From the IMG/VR virus record IMGVR_UViG_3300025684_000011: a DNA stretch of 64,000 bases; one strand, given 5' to 3'. A program made the position numbers and the translations under genes. Below are positions 19,718 to 30,615 of this stretch, in pieces (within the stretch, counting starts at the first letter, position 1; each line of letters begins with the position of its first letter). This DNA comes from a virus. The notes below the pieces were generated by a model. The model ran no database searches. It was given only the letters and a program-made list of their open reading frames with translations, and had not been told where the DNA came from.

Positions 19718-21104
19718 AAATGAAATTAAAGAATATAGTTACGAATTACAGAAACTTTTTTTAGAGTTTCTTATTTCTAGCAGGGACTTGGCGGCTAGGT
19801 GTAATAATGTATTAGATCCAGAATACTTTGATCGTAGATTGCGACCAGCGGCAACATTTATTAAAGAATACATTACAGAACATAGTAACGTACCTGATGC
19901 AAAACAACTTTCAGCAGTTACTACTATAGAAATACAGGAAATTGGCGATAAAGCAGAAGAACATAAAAATTGGTTCTTAGATGAGTTTGAAGGATTTTCT
20001 AGACATAAAGCATTAGAAGGTGCAATTCTAACTAGTGCTGACTTGTTAGAAAAAAGCAATTACGGAGAAGTTGAAAACTTAATTAAAGCCGCAGTACAGG
20101 TTGGCCTTCCAAAAACATTTGGCACAAATTACTTTGAAAATCCTAAGTCCAGATTAGAAGGGCTTAAAGATGCAAATGGACAGTTAACAACCGGTTGGGC
20201 AACTGTTGATAATAAGCTATATGGTGGATTTAATAGAGGAGAACTAAACATTTTTGCAGGTGCATCTGGTGCTGGTAAAAGTTTGTTCTTACAAAACTTA
20301 GGACTAAACTGGGCAAAAGCAGGACTGAATACTGTTTACTTTAGTTTAGAGCTTAGTGAGGGCTTATGTTCTATGAGAATGGACGCAATGTTAACTGGAA
20401 CATCTACTAGAGATGTTTACAAGAAAATTGATGACATTGATTTAAAAGTTCGTATGATTGGTAAAAAAGCAGGGTGTCTACAAATTGTACAGTTACCAAA
20501 TAGTGTTACTGCAAACGATTTATTAGCATGGATTAGAGAATTTCAAACACAACGTAAGATACATGTTGATGCAATACTTGTAGATTACTTAGACTTAATG
20601 ATGCCAGCAGGACAAAAAATTAGTGTTGCTGATTTGTACATTAAAGATAAGATTGTTAGTGAGGAATTAAGAAACTTAGCAGTTACTGAAAATCTATTAT
20701 TTGCAACTGCATCTCAGTTAAACAGAAGTGCGGTAGAAAGTGTTGAATTTGACCATAGTATGATTGCTGGTGGTTTAAGTAAGATACAAACGGCAGACAA
20801 TGTGTTTGGTATCTATAGTACTCCAAGTATGCGAGAAAGAAATAGAGTACAACTACAGTTTATGAAGACAAGAAGCAGTAGTGCAGTAGGACAAAAACTT
20901 GAATTAGACTTTGATCCAACAACATTGCTAATTTCTGATTTAGCAGATGATGCTGAACCGATTGCAAATTCGGCAACTACGGTGTTTAATAAATTGCATA
21001 AAACATCTAGTACAATAATTTCGTCAGCAGAGCAACCACAAGCAACATCTTCTTCTGTTAATAGGGATAAACTTAGAGGATTAGGATTAACGAGAGATGT
21101 CTAA
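19707..21104 (+). CDS. replicative DnaB-family helicase (T4 gp41-like)
   Basis: GASGAGKS, SLEL, LVDYLDL, TASQLNR, KTR. Confidence 0.95.
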   Translation: MMAENEIKEYSYELQKLFLEFLISSRDLAARCNNVLDPEYFDRRLRPAATFIKEYITEHSNVPDAKQLSAVTTIEIQEIGDKAEEHKNWFLDEFEGFSRHKALEGAILTSADLLEKSNYGEVENLIKAAVQVGLPKTFGTNYFENPKSRLEGLKDANGQLTTGWATVDNKLYGGFNRGELNIFAGASGAGKSLFLQNLGLNWAKAGLNTVYFSLELSEGLCSMRMDAMLTGTSTRDVYKKIDDIDLKVRMIGKKAGCLQIVQLPNSVTANDLLAWIREFQTQRKIHVDAILVDYLDLMMPAGQKISVADLYIKDKIVSEELRNLAVTENLLFATASQLNRSAVESVEFDHSMIAGGLSKIQTADNVFGIYSTPSMRERNRVQLQFMKTRSSSAVGQKLELDFDPTTLLISDLADDAEPIANSATTVFNKLHKTSSTIISSAEQPQATSSSVNRDKLRGLGLTRDV

Positions 21105-21587
21105 ATTTTCTTTTTCATCTCTTGGTGGAACAATATCTGGAGTTTCTTCAGCAGTCTCACCGTCATCAAATTCTACGTTTTTATCATCTTTAGCATCTGA
21201 TGTTGCGGATAGGTTATAATTCTGAATGGTATTCCTTAATCTAATAGTTAATGCGGCATCATCAGCAATAATATCAGCCATTGCTATAAAAGCAACTGTA
21301 ATTAATTTCATTTCGCTTGTTCCCATAGGAGCACCACTTCGCATTTTGTTTAATGCTTGTACAAACCTAGATTGTAATTCATCACTAACTAAAGGTCTTA
21401 ATGTAATTTTTAAGCGATTTAATTCAGTAGTAGTAATGTCATGGGATACATTGCCTGTTGTTTTTGATACTTTTTCCTTAGGAGGATTGTTACCAACTGA
21501 TCCGTCAGCACCTGATGTTGATGAAAAATCTTCGTTAATAACAGATAAACGATTAATAAATTCACGTATTTCTTGGGCAGATGTCAT
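21087..21587 (-). CDS. hypothetical late protein
   Basis: 166 aa; minus-strand TAAATA near 21612-21617. Confidence 0.65.
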   Translation of the reverse strand: MTSAQEIREFINRLSVINEDFSSTSGADGSVGNNPPKEKVSKTTGNVSHDITTTELNRLKITLRPLVSDELQSRFVQALNKMRSGAPMGTSEMKLITVAFIAMADIIADDAALTIRLRNTIQNYNLSATSDAKDDKNVEFDDGETAEETPDIVPPRDEKENLDISR

Positions 21588-21634
21588 GTTTTCAAATGTC
21601 TCCTATGAATGTATTTACCATAAATAGAGTTACT

Positions 21635-21889
21635 ATGCAAATAAAAACGAAATCAATTCTAGAAGAAATTACAACGATTGTTCCTAAAAAGGACAAGCAT
21701 TTAATGGTAGAAGGTCTTGCAGTACAAGCTCTTGCTAGAATATCAAACTTGATGAGGGTCATTGAAACTTCATATCCGCCGGATCAAGCACAAGATTTAA
21801 CCAGACGTTTGCAACTAGCTATTAAAAATGGAGATCCTAAGAAGTTCACTCGAGGTGTTAGGATAATTAAAGAAAACGAAAATAAATAA
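21635..21889 (+). CDS. hypothetical protein
   Basis: ATG 21635 after TAAATA (divergent late-promoter pair). Confidence 0.65.
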   Translation: MQIKTKSILEEITTIVPKKDKHLMVEGLAVQALARISNLMRVIETSYPPDQAQDLTRRLQLAIKNGDPKKFTRGVRIIKENENK

Positions 21890-21894
21890 ACAAA

Positions 21895-23175
21895 ATGAAG
21901 ATTAAAGACTTAAATGAAAATGATAACTTTCAGATTGACGAAGGCGTATTTGGCGATTTAGCAAAACGAGTAGTTAACAAAACAAAAGATGTTGCTAACG
22001 GTGTTGGACTTGCTGTTCGCGGACAAGGAGCCAACGAGTTTGCTAAACTTACTAACCTAATTGATCAAAAAGCAGTACAGATGTTTAATACTGCTAGACC
22101 AGGCGAAAAAGATGCAACTGGTAAAGACTTACCTTTAGGTGATATCGTAAAGATGGTTGGTAAAGCAATTATGCAGGCAACTAACAATGCAGTTGGTACA
22201 AAACAGTTATTAGTTTATATCAAAGAAAATAAAAGAGAAATTATTAAGAACGTTAATGTAGCAGATAGAGGCGCCGCTGGAGCAGATCAAATGATTCAGT
22301 TAATGTTACAAGGTGGTAGTGCTACAGCACCTGAAGGCTTTGGTGTTGAAGAATGTGTTAGATCAATTTCATTGATTTTTTCTGTTACATTTTTACATAT
22401 GCAAATCGAAATGGGACAACCTGGACAAGATCAACAGGCAGGCGGACCTACACAAACACCAAGTGAAGCTGAAAAGGCAATGGATGATAACCCAGAGTAC
22501 CAAACAGAATTAAAAACATTCGAACAATTAACTACTAAACTTGCCGGAGAGTTATATACACCTGGTAATGCATTCTTAGCAAACATACAAGCAAATAATG
22601 AATTTCCTGCAAAGCAAGAAGCATTTATTGTTGGATATGCAACAGCCGTTAAAGCAAAATACTTTAATGCAGATTTAAAAGCATTGGAAACTGCCGCAAA
22701 CTCAACTACACCAGAATCAGTTATTGACGACAACCAATGGAGAGCATCTTTCTTTGGACATATTTCTCCGCAAGTAGCTCAGCAAGTACAACAAAATGCA
22801 GACGTTACATCAGCAATACAAACTTTTAAAAATGATTTAGATTCTATTACTACTTCTTTTGCTAAATTAGCATTTATTGAAAAGACAGTAAACGAAGTAG
22901 CAAATGTTGACGCAACAATGAAAAAATTAATTGACTGGGTTGAAAAAGCAATTTCGCTTATTAAGACATTACAATTAGGTAAAGCAGGCGGAGGAGCAAC
23001 AAGTGCCACAACACCACAAGCTGGTAAACCTGATGACGAAGAAGTTTCTAGTACTACTCAAGGTGGTCCAATAGACGATCCAAATCTACCTAACTGGGAA
23101 AAGGTTAAAATGGGATATGATGCATTAGATGCACAAGGGCAAGAAGCATTAGTAAAGGCATTGTTTAACAAATGA
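21895..23175 (+). CDS. putative internal head/ejection protein
   Basis: N-terminus MKIKDLNE...IDEG; helical, Ala/Gln-rich. Confidence 0.55.
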   Translation: MKIKDLNENDNFQIDEGVFGDLAKRVVNKTKDVANGVGLAVRGQGANEFAKLTNLIDQKAVQMFNTARPGEKDATGKDLPLGDIVKMVGKAIMQATNNAVGTKQLLVYIKENKREIIKNVNVADRGAAGADQMIQLMLQGGSATAPEGFGVEECVRSISLIFSVTFLHMQIEMGQPGQDQQAGGPTQTPSEAEKAMDDNPEYQTELKTFEQLTTKLAGELYTPGNAFLANIQANNEFPAKQEAFIVGYATAVKAKYFNADLKALETAANSTTPESVIDDNQWRASFFGHISPQVAQQVQQNADVTSAIQTFKNDLDSITTSFAKLAFIEKTVNEVANVDATMKKLIDWVEKAISLIKTLQLGKAGGGATSATTPQAGKPDDEEVSSTTQGGPIDDPNLPNWEKVKMGYDALDAQGQEALVKALFNK

Positions 23176-24791
23176 AAATAAAAAATATAAACAAAAGAAC
23201 AGCATTACTTGAAAGTGTATGTTATGATTTAGATAAAGAGCAACGATATATTGTTGAAGGAGTAGTATCAGCCTGGGACGATTTACTTGAGGTTGAGTTA
23301 AGACAAGATCAAATCAATAACTTATTTCCTTTAGTACAAAAGTTATCAGACGAAACAGGTAAAAATAGAACGGCAGTAGGATTAACAAAAGATAAAATTG
23401 TAGATACAACAAAAGCCGCTAATGAATATTTAAATAAAGTTGGAAAATTATTACAAGATACAAAACCAGTAGAAAATTTTGATAATAAATTTGAAAAATT
23501 AAAAACAGATATTAAAACTAAACTAGGTGCAGATAGCAAAATTACCACTGGGATAGAAAATTTAGGCAAATATGCTAAAATGAACCCTGGTAAAACAGCA
23601 TTCGCTATTGGTGTTATGACTGCCTTAGTTGGTATTTCAACTGGTGGAAGTGCAATAGCTATTGGTGTTGCCGCTACACTCTTAAAAGGTTCTGTTGAAG
23701 TACTCAAAGGAGAGAAATTATCTACCGCTGTTGGAAAAGGATTAAAGACAGGTGTTATTTCTGGACTTGCCGCAGGTGCATTTAATGCAGTTGGCGATTG
23801 GTTGTCAGGTTTACAGGCAGAGGTTGTACCATTTGAAGGATTAGATCAAATTACTTTTGATGTATCAGGTACAGATGTAATGCCAGGATTTGAATGGAAA
23901 GGCTCTATGAGTTTTGAGAATCTAACCGTTCTTCCTTCTGATGCAGATTTAGCTGGACAGTTAGTAGCAGAGTTTGCTAAAGGAGATGCATCAGCATTTG
24001 ATGCCTTAGCAGAATTGGCAAAGAAGTCGTTTACACCAGAGTATACAGAGCAAATGGCACAATTTGTATCAAATGCAAAAGACATTGCTTTACAAAATGA
24101 TGCAACTTATCAAGCCATTGTACAAATTCAACAAGGAATAGCATCAGCCGCCGGCGGTGCAGTAGCAGGTAAGAGTGTAAGTGATGATAGAGGAGAAGAT
24201 CAACAAGAGTTATTTCAATCGTATACTAATAATGGAATTTTATTAACAGAAAGAAGAATTGAAAGATTGTTTGATACTGTAGGGTATTACAATACAAATC
24301 CAAATATTGAATTTTTAGGCGAAGGACCAGTTTGGGATACCATTAAGAAAGATGCTATTGCAAAAGCAAAAGAACTTGCTAAGCCAACTGTAGATAAAGC
24401 TAAAACAGTTAGCGGAAATACAATGAATGTTGTTACAGCAGATAAACTTAAAAAAGCATGGAAGACAGCAGGAAGTCCAACTGACAGTGAAGTGCTTGCA
24501 AGGTTCTTAGAAAAAAATAAAGTATCTCCTGACGTTATTGCAAGTGCCTATAAAGATTTAAAACTTCCAGATCCAAATGACGATTCGTCACCAGAAGAAA
24601 AAGAAGAGAAGGAGTTAGCACTCCGTAAAACTCCACAGATGAAAGACGGACAATATGAGTTAGATCTTGCTTCATTGCCACCAGCAGTAAGGCAAGCAAC
24701 AAGCAATTTATGGGACGAGTTTAATAAACTTACTCCACAGGAACAAGAAAAGTTTAAAGCAGATCTAAAGAAATCGGAAAACATAACATGA
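23172..24791 (+). CDS. putative internal head/ejection protein with hydrophobic Gly/Ala helices
   Basis: MKIKNI...LLES; AFAIGVMTALVGISTGGSAIAIGVAA segment. Confidence 0.55.
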   Translation: MKIKNINKRTALLESVCYDLDKEQRYIVEGVVSAWDDLLEVELRQDQINNLFPLVQKLSDETGKNRTAVGLTKDKIVDTTKAANEYLNKVGKLLQDTKPVENFDNKFEKLKTDIKTKLGADSKITTGIENLGKYAKMNPGKTAFAIGVMTALVGISTGGSAIAIGVAATLLKGSVEVLKGEKLSTAVGKGLKTGVISGLAAGAFNAVGDWLSGLQAEVVPFEGLDQITFDVSGTDVMPGFEWKGSMSFENLTVLPSDADLAGQLVAEFAKGDASAFDALAELAKKSFTPEYTEQMAQFVSNAKDIALQNDATYQAIVQIQQGIASAAGGAVAGKSVSDDRGEDQQELFQSYTNNGILLTERRIERLFDTVGYYNTNPNIEFLGEGPVWDTIKKDAIAKAKELAKPTVDKAKTVSGNTMNVVTADKLKKAWKTAGSPTDSEVLARFLEKNKVSPDVIASAYKDLKLPDPNDDSSPEEKEEKELALRKTPQMKDGQYELDLASLPPAVRQATSNLWDEFNKLTPQEQEKFKADLKKSENIT

Positions 24792-25960
24792 AGATAAATG
24801 AAGTTATAATACAACATAAAAAAGTAATAACAGAAGCAAAAGCAAGAATTGATCATCCTGAAGATATTATCTTTGATGACAACGGAACACAAGGTGCAAT
24901 GAGAGCTCTTGATGCGATGGTACATGCTTCGCAAAATCACGGAGAGACAACTTCAATCAAATGGGACGGAAGCCCAGCAGTAATTTTTGGATGGATGGAT
25001 AAAAATTCTTTTATTGTAACAGATAAAGCAGGCATGGGTGCAAAGAAATATGACGGAAAGCCTACTAGTGCCGCAGATGTACAGTCTATGATTTTTAACA
25101 GAAGGCCAGACGAAGAAGGTAGGCAGTATTATGCAAATAAGTTTGCAAGCATATATGAACTGTTAAAGAAGGCAACTCCAAAGAGTCTAGTTGGCCAAAT
25201 GATACAAGGTGATTTACTTTATATGAGTGCTGATGATATTGTTCATACAGACGAAGATGTTACATTTGGTCCAGTTAAAGTTAGATATACAATTGACAAA
25301 GATAATCCAGTAGGTGCTAGGATTGCCAAAAGCCAATGTGGTATAGCAGTACATAGTGTTTATGATTCTGTTGAATCTGCTAGTGCCGCAGACGGAGAAC
25401 CATCACCGGTAACTCCTAAATCTTTAGGATTGAAGGATAGTCCAAAATTAGTAATATTTGGTCCAGAAACACAGATACCAACAGATACTGAAATTTCATT
25501 ACCGATGGCAGAAGTAGAATCCTTAAGAAACTTAATTAAAAGCGGTCCAGCACAACTAATTGATGATATGTTAGATCCGTTTACTATGGGTAGTCTTAAA
25601 ATAGCAAACTTACCAGAGTTATTTAAAAAGTTTGTAAACTTTAAAGCCAGAGGCGGAGAAGATATTGGCTCTGCACCTGAATTAGCAAATGAATTTATCA
25701 AATGGGTCGAAGGTCCAGCAGGATTAACAGACAATAAGAAGAAAAATGTGTTATCGCACCTAGAACAATATAAAGCACCTTTTGAAATGGCTTGGCGTAT
25801 TGTTTCTGCACTAAGTAATATAAAGCATACAATTAAGGATCAGTTAGATACTCATGTAACTGGAATTAGAACAAACAAAGGCCACGAAGGTTTTGTATCT
25901 GCTACACCGCATGGTAAGATTAAATTTGTTAATCGACCAAACTTTATGAAGAAGGATTAA
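24788..25960 (+). CDS. ligase-like nucleotidyltransferase-fold protein (DUF6267-like)
   Basis: KWDG (motif I), QGDLLY, EGFV, KIKFVNR. Confidence 0.7.
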   Translation: MKINEVIIQHKKVITEAKARIDHPEDIIFDDNGTQGAMRALDAMVHASQNHGETTSIKWDGSPAVIFGWMDKNSFIVTDKAGMGAKKYDGKPTSAADVQSMIFNRRPDEEGRQYYANKFASIYELLKKATPKSLVGQMIQGDLLYMSADDIVHTDEDVTFGPVKVRYTIDKDNPVGARIAKSQCGIAVHSVYDSVESASAADGEPSPVTPKSLGLKDSPKLVIFGPETQIPTDTEISLPMAEVESLRNLIKSGPAQLIDDMLDPFTMGSLKIANLPELFKKFVNFKARGGEDIGSAPELANEFIKWVEGPAGLTDNKKKNVLSHLEQYKAPFEMAWRIVSALSNIKHTIKDQLDTHVTGIRTNKGHEGFVSATPHGKIKFVNRPNFMKKD

Positions 25961-25964
25961 AGAC

Positions 25965-26798
25965 ATGGCTGAAAAGTATACAGCAACTGAATGGGCAACA
26001 ATGGAAGGTGGGCATACCGTAGAACCTCTTACAGAAGATTCATTTTCTTTTATCAAAGAAAATTGTAATGAAAGTAAAATGTTTCGAAACACACATCTTA
26101 ATTCTTTAACATTAAGAGATGCAGTTGATGCCGCTTTTTTAAATATGACAACATTGTATATGTTATCATGTGAATTTGAAACTGCTCCGTTTGCTCAAGA
26201 CTATGCTAGAAAAACCATGATATTTGGAAACTTTAGTCAAAGTCGTGTTAGTTCAACTGATTTATATCAAGCATTACATATGTCAATTTATAAAGATACT
26301 ACACAAGGTAACAAACTTAAAGCACCTGAGCAAAATGCCGCTTTAAGAGTTAGACTTCATATCAACGAAAAGATGATTAAAGACTTTTTAAGAGGTATTG
26401 CCTCTGGACGTTTAGATAAAACAACTGCAAAAAGACTTATGTATAGGCTTGAAAGCCAAATGAATATTACTATTAGTAACTATAAAAGTTTACGCAGGTT
26501 AATTACAGATTGGGAGCATCTTACTACCTTTCAAAAGCAAACCTGTGTAACTAGACTACTACAATATTATAGAACAAGGGGAAGACGTAGTGATATATTT
26601 GGAACTCTTTCAACCTTTGCTAATCATAAGTCCTGGGAATTAAAAGCAAAAGATAATGCAGAAGTTAAAGCAGTAGGACCGGCAAACGCAGTACACGGTA
26701 CTAGTTCTTCTACAAACTTTATATCAAGTATTGCAAAGGTAGGCGGTGCTGGAGTAGCAGGTTATGCCGCGGCGAGATTACTTGGCCGACTAAGGTAG
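25965..26798 (+). CDS. hypothetical late protein
   Basis: 277 aa, in operon. Confidence 0.7.
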   Translation: MAEKYTATEWATMEGGHTVEPLTEDSFSFIKENCNESKMFRNTHLNSLTLRDAVDAAFLNMTTLYMLSCEFETAPFAQDYARKTMIFGNFSQSRVSSTDLYQALHMSIYKDTTQGNKLKAPEQNAALRVRLHINEKMIKDFLRGIASGRLDKTTAKRLMYRLESQMNITISNYKSLRRLITDWEHLTTFQKQTCVTRLLQYYRTRGRRSDIFGTLSTFANHKSWELKAKDNAEVKAVGPANAVHGTSSSTNFISSIAKVGGAGVAGYAAARLLGRLR

Positions 26799-26802
26799 TA
26801 AA

Positions 26803-27228
26803 ATGACAGCAGTTAGTAAAAGATCTTGGAGTATTCCTGGCTCTCATTTTGGTGGAGATCCAGAATTCTATTCTTGTTGGACGTTATATGATATAAGCAA
26901 TGACGAAGGAAAATCATCAGAAAATTTAGAAAAACTTATGGGTATTGCAACAGCAAGATCTCAGCCTATTCTTGCTGGAGTAGAAATGATTATTGACCAA
27001 GATGTCACAAACGGGCTATTTGGCAGTAAGTTTACAGGAAAACATAATGTATGGACTTACAAATGGATTGTCGACAAAGTAGGTATCATGACAGAAGACA
27101 CACTTAACAAAGAAGCACATGGACTTACTATGCATGTAGGGTTACAAGAAACTGCTAAGTTAACTAAGCAGATATATACCAGGGGTGTTAATACAAACAT
27201 GTTCTTTGTCCGGCATGATTCCTTATAA
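26803..27228 (+). CDS. hypothetical protein
   Basis: 141 aa, in operon. Confidence 0.7.
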   Translation: MTAVSKRSWSIPGSHFGGDPEFYSCWTLYDISNDEGKSSENLEKLMGIATARSQPILAGVEMIIDQDVTNGLFGSKFTGKHNVWTYKWIVDKVGIMTEDTLNKEAHGLTMHVGLQETAKLTKQIYTRGVNTNMFFVRHDSL

Positions 27229-27363
27229 AGTCATAAATACCTAGTAAACAAAAACATAGAATCAAACAACTCATACTGGCTCACATTGGCACTTTACGGA
27301 CACTAAGCAGACTAACCTGCAAGAGCAACCCAGTCTATATTGCACTCAGTAAAGATAACAATA

Positions 27364-27660
27364 ATGAATAAAAAAATTAAAGTAGTATCCGGTGAGGCCG
27401 AAAATTTACAACTTCATGTTGAGCTATGTGCTGAACGTTATAATCGTATGGAAGAGAAATTCACTGGTTTAGAAAACAGATTAGATTATCTCCAAAACGA
27501 CTTCACAGAATTAAAAGAAAAAGCCGATTCAAATTTTAATGACCTAAAAGACTTAATCCACCAAACTGCTAATAAGAGATTTAACACCATGGTTACAACT
27601 ACTGGTACTGTAATTGTTGCCTTAATAGGTATGCTAGGTTATATAATTATTAATAACTAG
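27364..27660 (+). CDS. coiled-coil protein with C-terminal TM helix
   Basis: HVELCAERY..MEEK coiled coil; TVIVALIGMLGYIII. Confidence 0.7.
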   Translation: MNKKIKVVSGEAENLQLHVELCAERYNRMEEKFTGLENRLDYLQNDFTELKEKADSNFNDLKDLIHQTANKRFNTMVTTTGTVIVALIGMLGYIIINN

Positions 27661-27674
27661 TATTGGAGGCTTTA

Positions 27675-27995
27675 ATGGAGATTTTAGTAGAATCAAGAAT
27701 AGTATGGGCAAGATCCGGTAACAAGGTAAAACGTAAAATACGTTGTACTACCGGTAAACGTCGTGGCCGTATTGTCAGCACAGTCGGAGCCTGTAATAGA
27801 AGAATAGATATTAAAAAGAGGTATATCTTTAAACGTGCAAAGCAACGTTTTAAGTCTAGAATGTCTATTAAGCGTCAAAGAACAAAACGTTATAATCCAA
27901 TTTCGAGAAGAGTCAGACGATTAAACAGGCAAAAAGGGCATCGTAACCCTATTAGGCCAGGAATTGGACGTAAAACAACGATAAAAAGAAAATAG
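27675..27995 (+). CDS. highly basic (R/K-rich) protein, putative DNA-binding core protein
   Basis: GGAGG RBS; composition. Confidence 0.7.
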   Translation: MEILVESRIVWARSGNKVKRKIRCTTGKRRGRIVSTVGACNRRIDIKKRYIFKRAKQRFKSRMSIKRQRTKRYNPISRRVRRLNRQKGHRNPIRPGIGRKTTIKRK

Positions 27996-28050
27996 TTATA
28001 TAGTCTTATTTGGCTAAATAAAACAATAAACAGATACCAGGAGGTTTAAT

Positions 28051-28701
28051 ATGAAGTTTAACGATATTTCCAATAGTACAAGTCCAGCCCAAGCCGCTCG
28101 TGACGCATTATTGAAGCAAAGCATTGAGATTGATGAATCAGTTCAAGGATCTCAGCTAAGAGATCACTTAGGGGATCTACAAAAAGAACTTGATACATTA
28201 TCAAGCAAAGGTGGAGAAGAATACACTCGTGCAGTTTTACATAAAGCAGTCTATGAAGATTTAGCAAATGTAGATGCGGAGCCTATTTTTGAAGCAGAGC
28301 TTGGTGACGAAGATATTGAGCAAGCAGAAATTATTATTGCCGCTAACGGTCTTAGTAAAGAGTTCCAAGGCATGATTGAAGATTGTGCTGATATGCTCGG
28401 AAGTGACCTTATTACATTAGTTGATCAGATCAAGTCTAAGTTTGGCGATGGAGCCGGAGAACAATTTGGCACCTCAATTAGAGATTCATTGCAATCCGCA
28501 ATGGACGTTCTTACTACAACTAAAGACGGCGTTGACTCTGCTATTAATGGACTTAAAGATCCAATGTCTATACCAGCAACTGATGATGCAGGAATGGATG
28601 ATATGGCAGATACAGGAATGGATGATGAGGCAGTTATGCCCGCTATGTCCGGACCAGAAGAAGAGCCAACCGGTAGGGAACTAAAGAGTGAACTTGAGTG
28701 A
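28051..28701 (+). CDS. acidic hypothetical late protein
   Basis: AGGAGG RBS; TAAATA upstream. Confidence 0.7.
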   Translation: MKFNDISNSTSPAQAARDALLKQSIEIDESVQGSQLRDHLGDLQKELDTLSSKGGEEYTRAVLHKAVYEDLANVDAEPIFEAELGDEDIEQAEIIIAANGLSKEFQGMIEDCADMLGSDLITLVDQIKSKFGDGAGEQFGTSIRDSLQSAMDVLTTTKDGVDSAINGLKDPMSIPATDDAGMDDMADTGMDDEAVMPAMSGPEEEPTGRELKSELE

Positions 28702-29023
28702 GATAACATCAATTGATGGTGATTTTGCTAGTGCAATAAAAATGTTCTTGATAAGAGCATCATTAGATGGCAAAGATACCTTACCAATGGAAGAACTTGT
28801 CGGAATGTTAACAAAACTTGGGTTTCAAGCCAATGGACAAGAAACTGGAATTAGGAATTACATTACTACATTAAAAGGCAAGAATCCTGATTTAGTTTCT
28901 GACGTTAATGATACAGATGTAATTTTAACAACAATGCCAAGCGATCCTGGTGACGCTGAAGACAATGAAGAAAAAGTTGATGACATGGCATTACAGAACG
29001 CAAAGGCAGACTTAGGAATATGA
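28688..29023 (+). CDS. hypothetical protein
   Basis: 111 aa, overlaps neighbours. Confidence 0.65.
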   Translation: MNLSEITSIDGDFASAIKMFLIRASLDGKDTLPMEELVGMLTKLGFQANGQETGIRNYITTLKGKNPDLVSDVNDTDVILTTMPSDPGDAEDNEEKVDDMALQNAKADLGI

Positions 29024-29367
29024 GTAGAATATTTTATACAGCAACAGAAGCAAGATCTCAGGCACTTCAAGACCTGGTAATCTTAAACGAAGTAAGAGAT
29101 CTAGAAATTGCAGTAATAACAGCAACTGGAACAGGTGCTGTTGAAACCGAAGTGGTCACCTCAACCACCATGGCCGCTCTTTCCACCGATGCAAATTTTG
29201 TTACAGCATCAGAGTATTATGATACTTTACAAGGTACAAGAGATGATAGACAAAAATCTTTACAAATAACTAAAGTTATAAAGTACTTTGAAGACTTAGG
29301 ATATACCATAGATCCAATAACTAACCAATCCACTAATACTACCTTTAAATGGAAGATTTCCTGGTAA
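29020..29367 (+). CDS. hypothetical protein
   Basis: 115 aa ending YFEDLGYTI...WKISW. Confidence 0.7.
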   Translation: MSRIFYTATEARSQALQDLVILNEVRDLEIAVITATGTGAVETEVVTSTTMAALSTDANFVTASEYYDTLQGTRDDRQKSLQITKVIKYFEDLGYTIDPITNQSTNTTFKWKISW

Positions 29368-29375
29368 TTTTCTTC

Positions 29376-29404
29376 TTGACAATGTAGTAAAAATCTGTTA
29401 TACT
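29376..29404 (+). promoter_or_regulatory. sigma70-type promoter (leaderless exonuclease)
   Basis: TTGACA-N17-TATACT; ATG 6 nt downstream. Confidence 0.8.
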
Positions 29405-29410
29405 TAACAG

Positions 29411-30079
29411 ATGATAAAACATAATCTAATATACGACTATAAAAAATTAAATAGAATAGACGGTAAGCAACGTTTATACGAGACACCTGCTGGTGATAAA
29501 GTACCAAGTGTTACAACTATCTTATCAAAAACAGGCGATAATAGTGGTCTTATTGCTTGGCGTAAACGTGTAGGAAATGAAGAAGCAAATAGGATTTCAA
29601 AGGAATCAACTGGTTTAGGAACACTAGTACATACTCATGTTGAAAACTATCTACTAGGAAAAGATCGCCCGGGTGGTAAAAATCTTGTACATGAGATGGC
29701 TACTAAAATGGCAGATAAAATTATTAACGAAGGCTTACCAAGTGTAACAGAAGTATGGGGTATGGAAGTGCAATTATACTTTCCAGGCTTGTATGCTGGT
29801 ACAACAGACTTAGTTGGTATGTACGAAGGCGTTCCTGCAATTATGGATCACAAGACATCTAAAGCATTAAAGAAGCCTGAGTGGATGGAAGACTATTTTA
29901 TTCAGACCTGTGCATATGCTTTAGCACATAACGAATTATATGATACAGATATTAAAAAAGGCGTGTTGTTTATGACTACACGGGACGACAAGTACAAGAC
30001 TTATATAATTGAAGGAAACGACTTTAAGCTCTACACAGATAAGTGGCTGGATAGAGTGGAAACTTTTTATAATAGATAA
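29411..30079 (+). CDS. PD-(D/E)XK exonuclease
   Basis: PSVTTIL, GT.VH, AGTTD, IMDHKTS, Q..AYA. Confidence 0.9.
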   Translation: MIKHNLIYDYKKLNRIDGKQRLYETPAGDKVPSVTTILSKTGDNSGLIAWRKRVGNEEANRISKESTGLGTLVHTHVENYLLGKDRPGGKNLVHEMATKMADKIINEGLPSVTEVWGMEVQLYFPGLYAGTTDLVGMYEGVPAIMDHKTSKALKKPEWMEDYFIQTCAYALAHNELYDTDIKKGVLFMTTRDDKYKTYIIEGNDFKLYTDKWLDRVETFYNR

Positions 30080-30103
30080 ATATATCTAATAGGCTGGCTA
30101 AAG

Positions 30104-30544
30104 ATGTACGATCAAACTTTTTGGGAGACAGATAAACATACTAGAATGTTGCTCTGGAGGGATTGGAGGAGTTCTATAGCAGAACTTCCAACTGATGCTT
30201 TATATGATAAAATTGCTTATTGGTGGAAAATGGTGCCAATGTCAGATAATACTATTGACATATGGGATGATAAATCCTGGCCTACACCATGGGAATTAAT
30301 TACATTTTCTAGTTTTTGTTATCCTAGTCGAGGGTTAGGAATATATTATACGTTGTCTCTAATAGGCAGAGAATCAGAGTTAATTCTTGCCCAAAAAGAC
30401 GGTGAAACAACTCTTCTGGTGAAATTAGAAGATAAAAAACTGTTAAATTACTATGAAGGAGAAGTTCTTGACACTTCTCAATATTCATATGAAGAATTAA
30501 GAATTTTCAGCTCTGCAGACATGCATAGACTGGTTAAAGTATAA
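30104..30544 (+). CDS. hypothetical protein
   Basis: 146 aa; WPTPWELI motif. Confidence 0.7.
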   Translation: MYDQTFWETDKHTRMLLWRDWRSSIAELPTDALYDKIAYWWKMVPMSDNTIDIWDDKSWPTPWELITFSSFCYPSRGLGIYYTLSLIGRESELILAQKDGETTLLVKLEDKKLLNYYEGEVLDTSQYSYEELRIFSSADMHRLVKV

Positions 30545-30615
30545 CTGTATTGCATACTCGCAGATTAATAAGTATGCAACAAGAAAGAATAGAAATAGTT
30601 AAAGGAAATATAAAA

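Noticed and set aside
29411-30079. Cas4 / CRISPR system
   Set aside because: No Fe-S Cys motif, no other cas genes, and no repeat-spacer array seen in the window.
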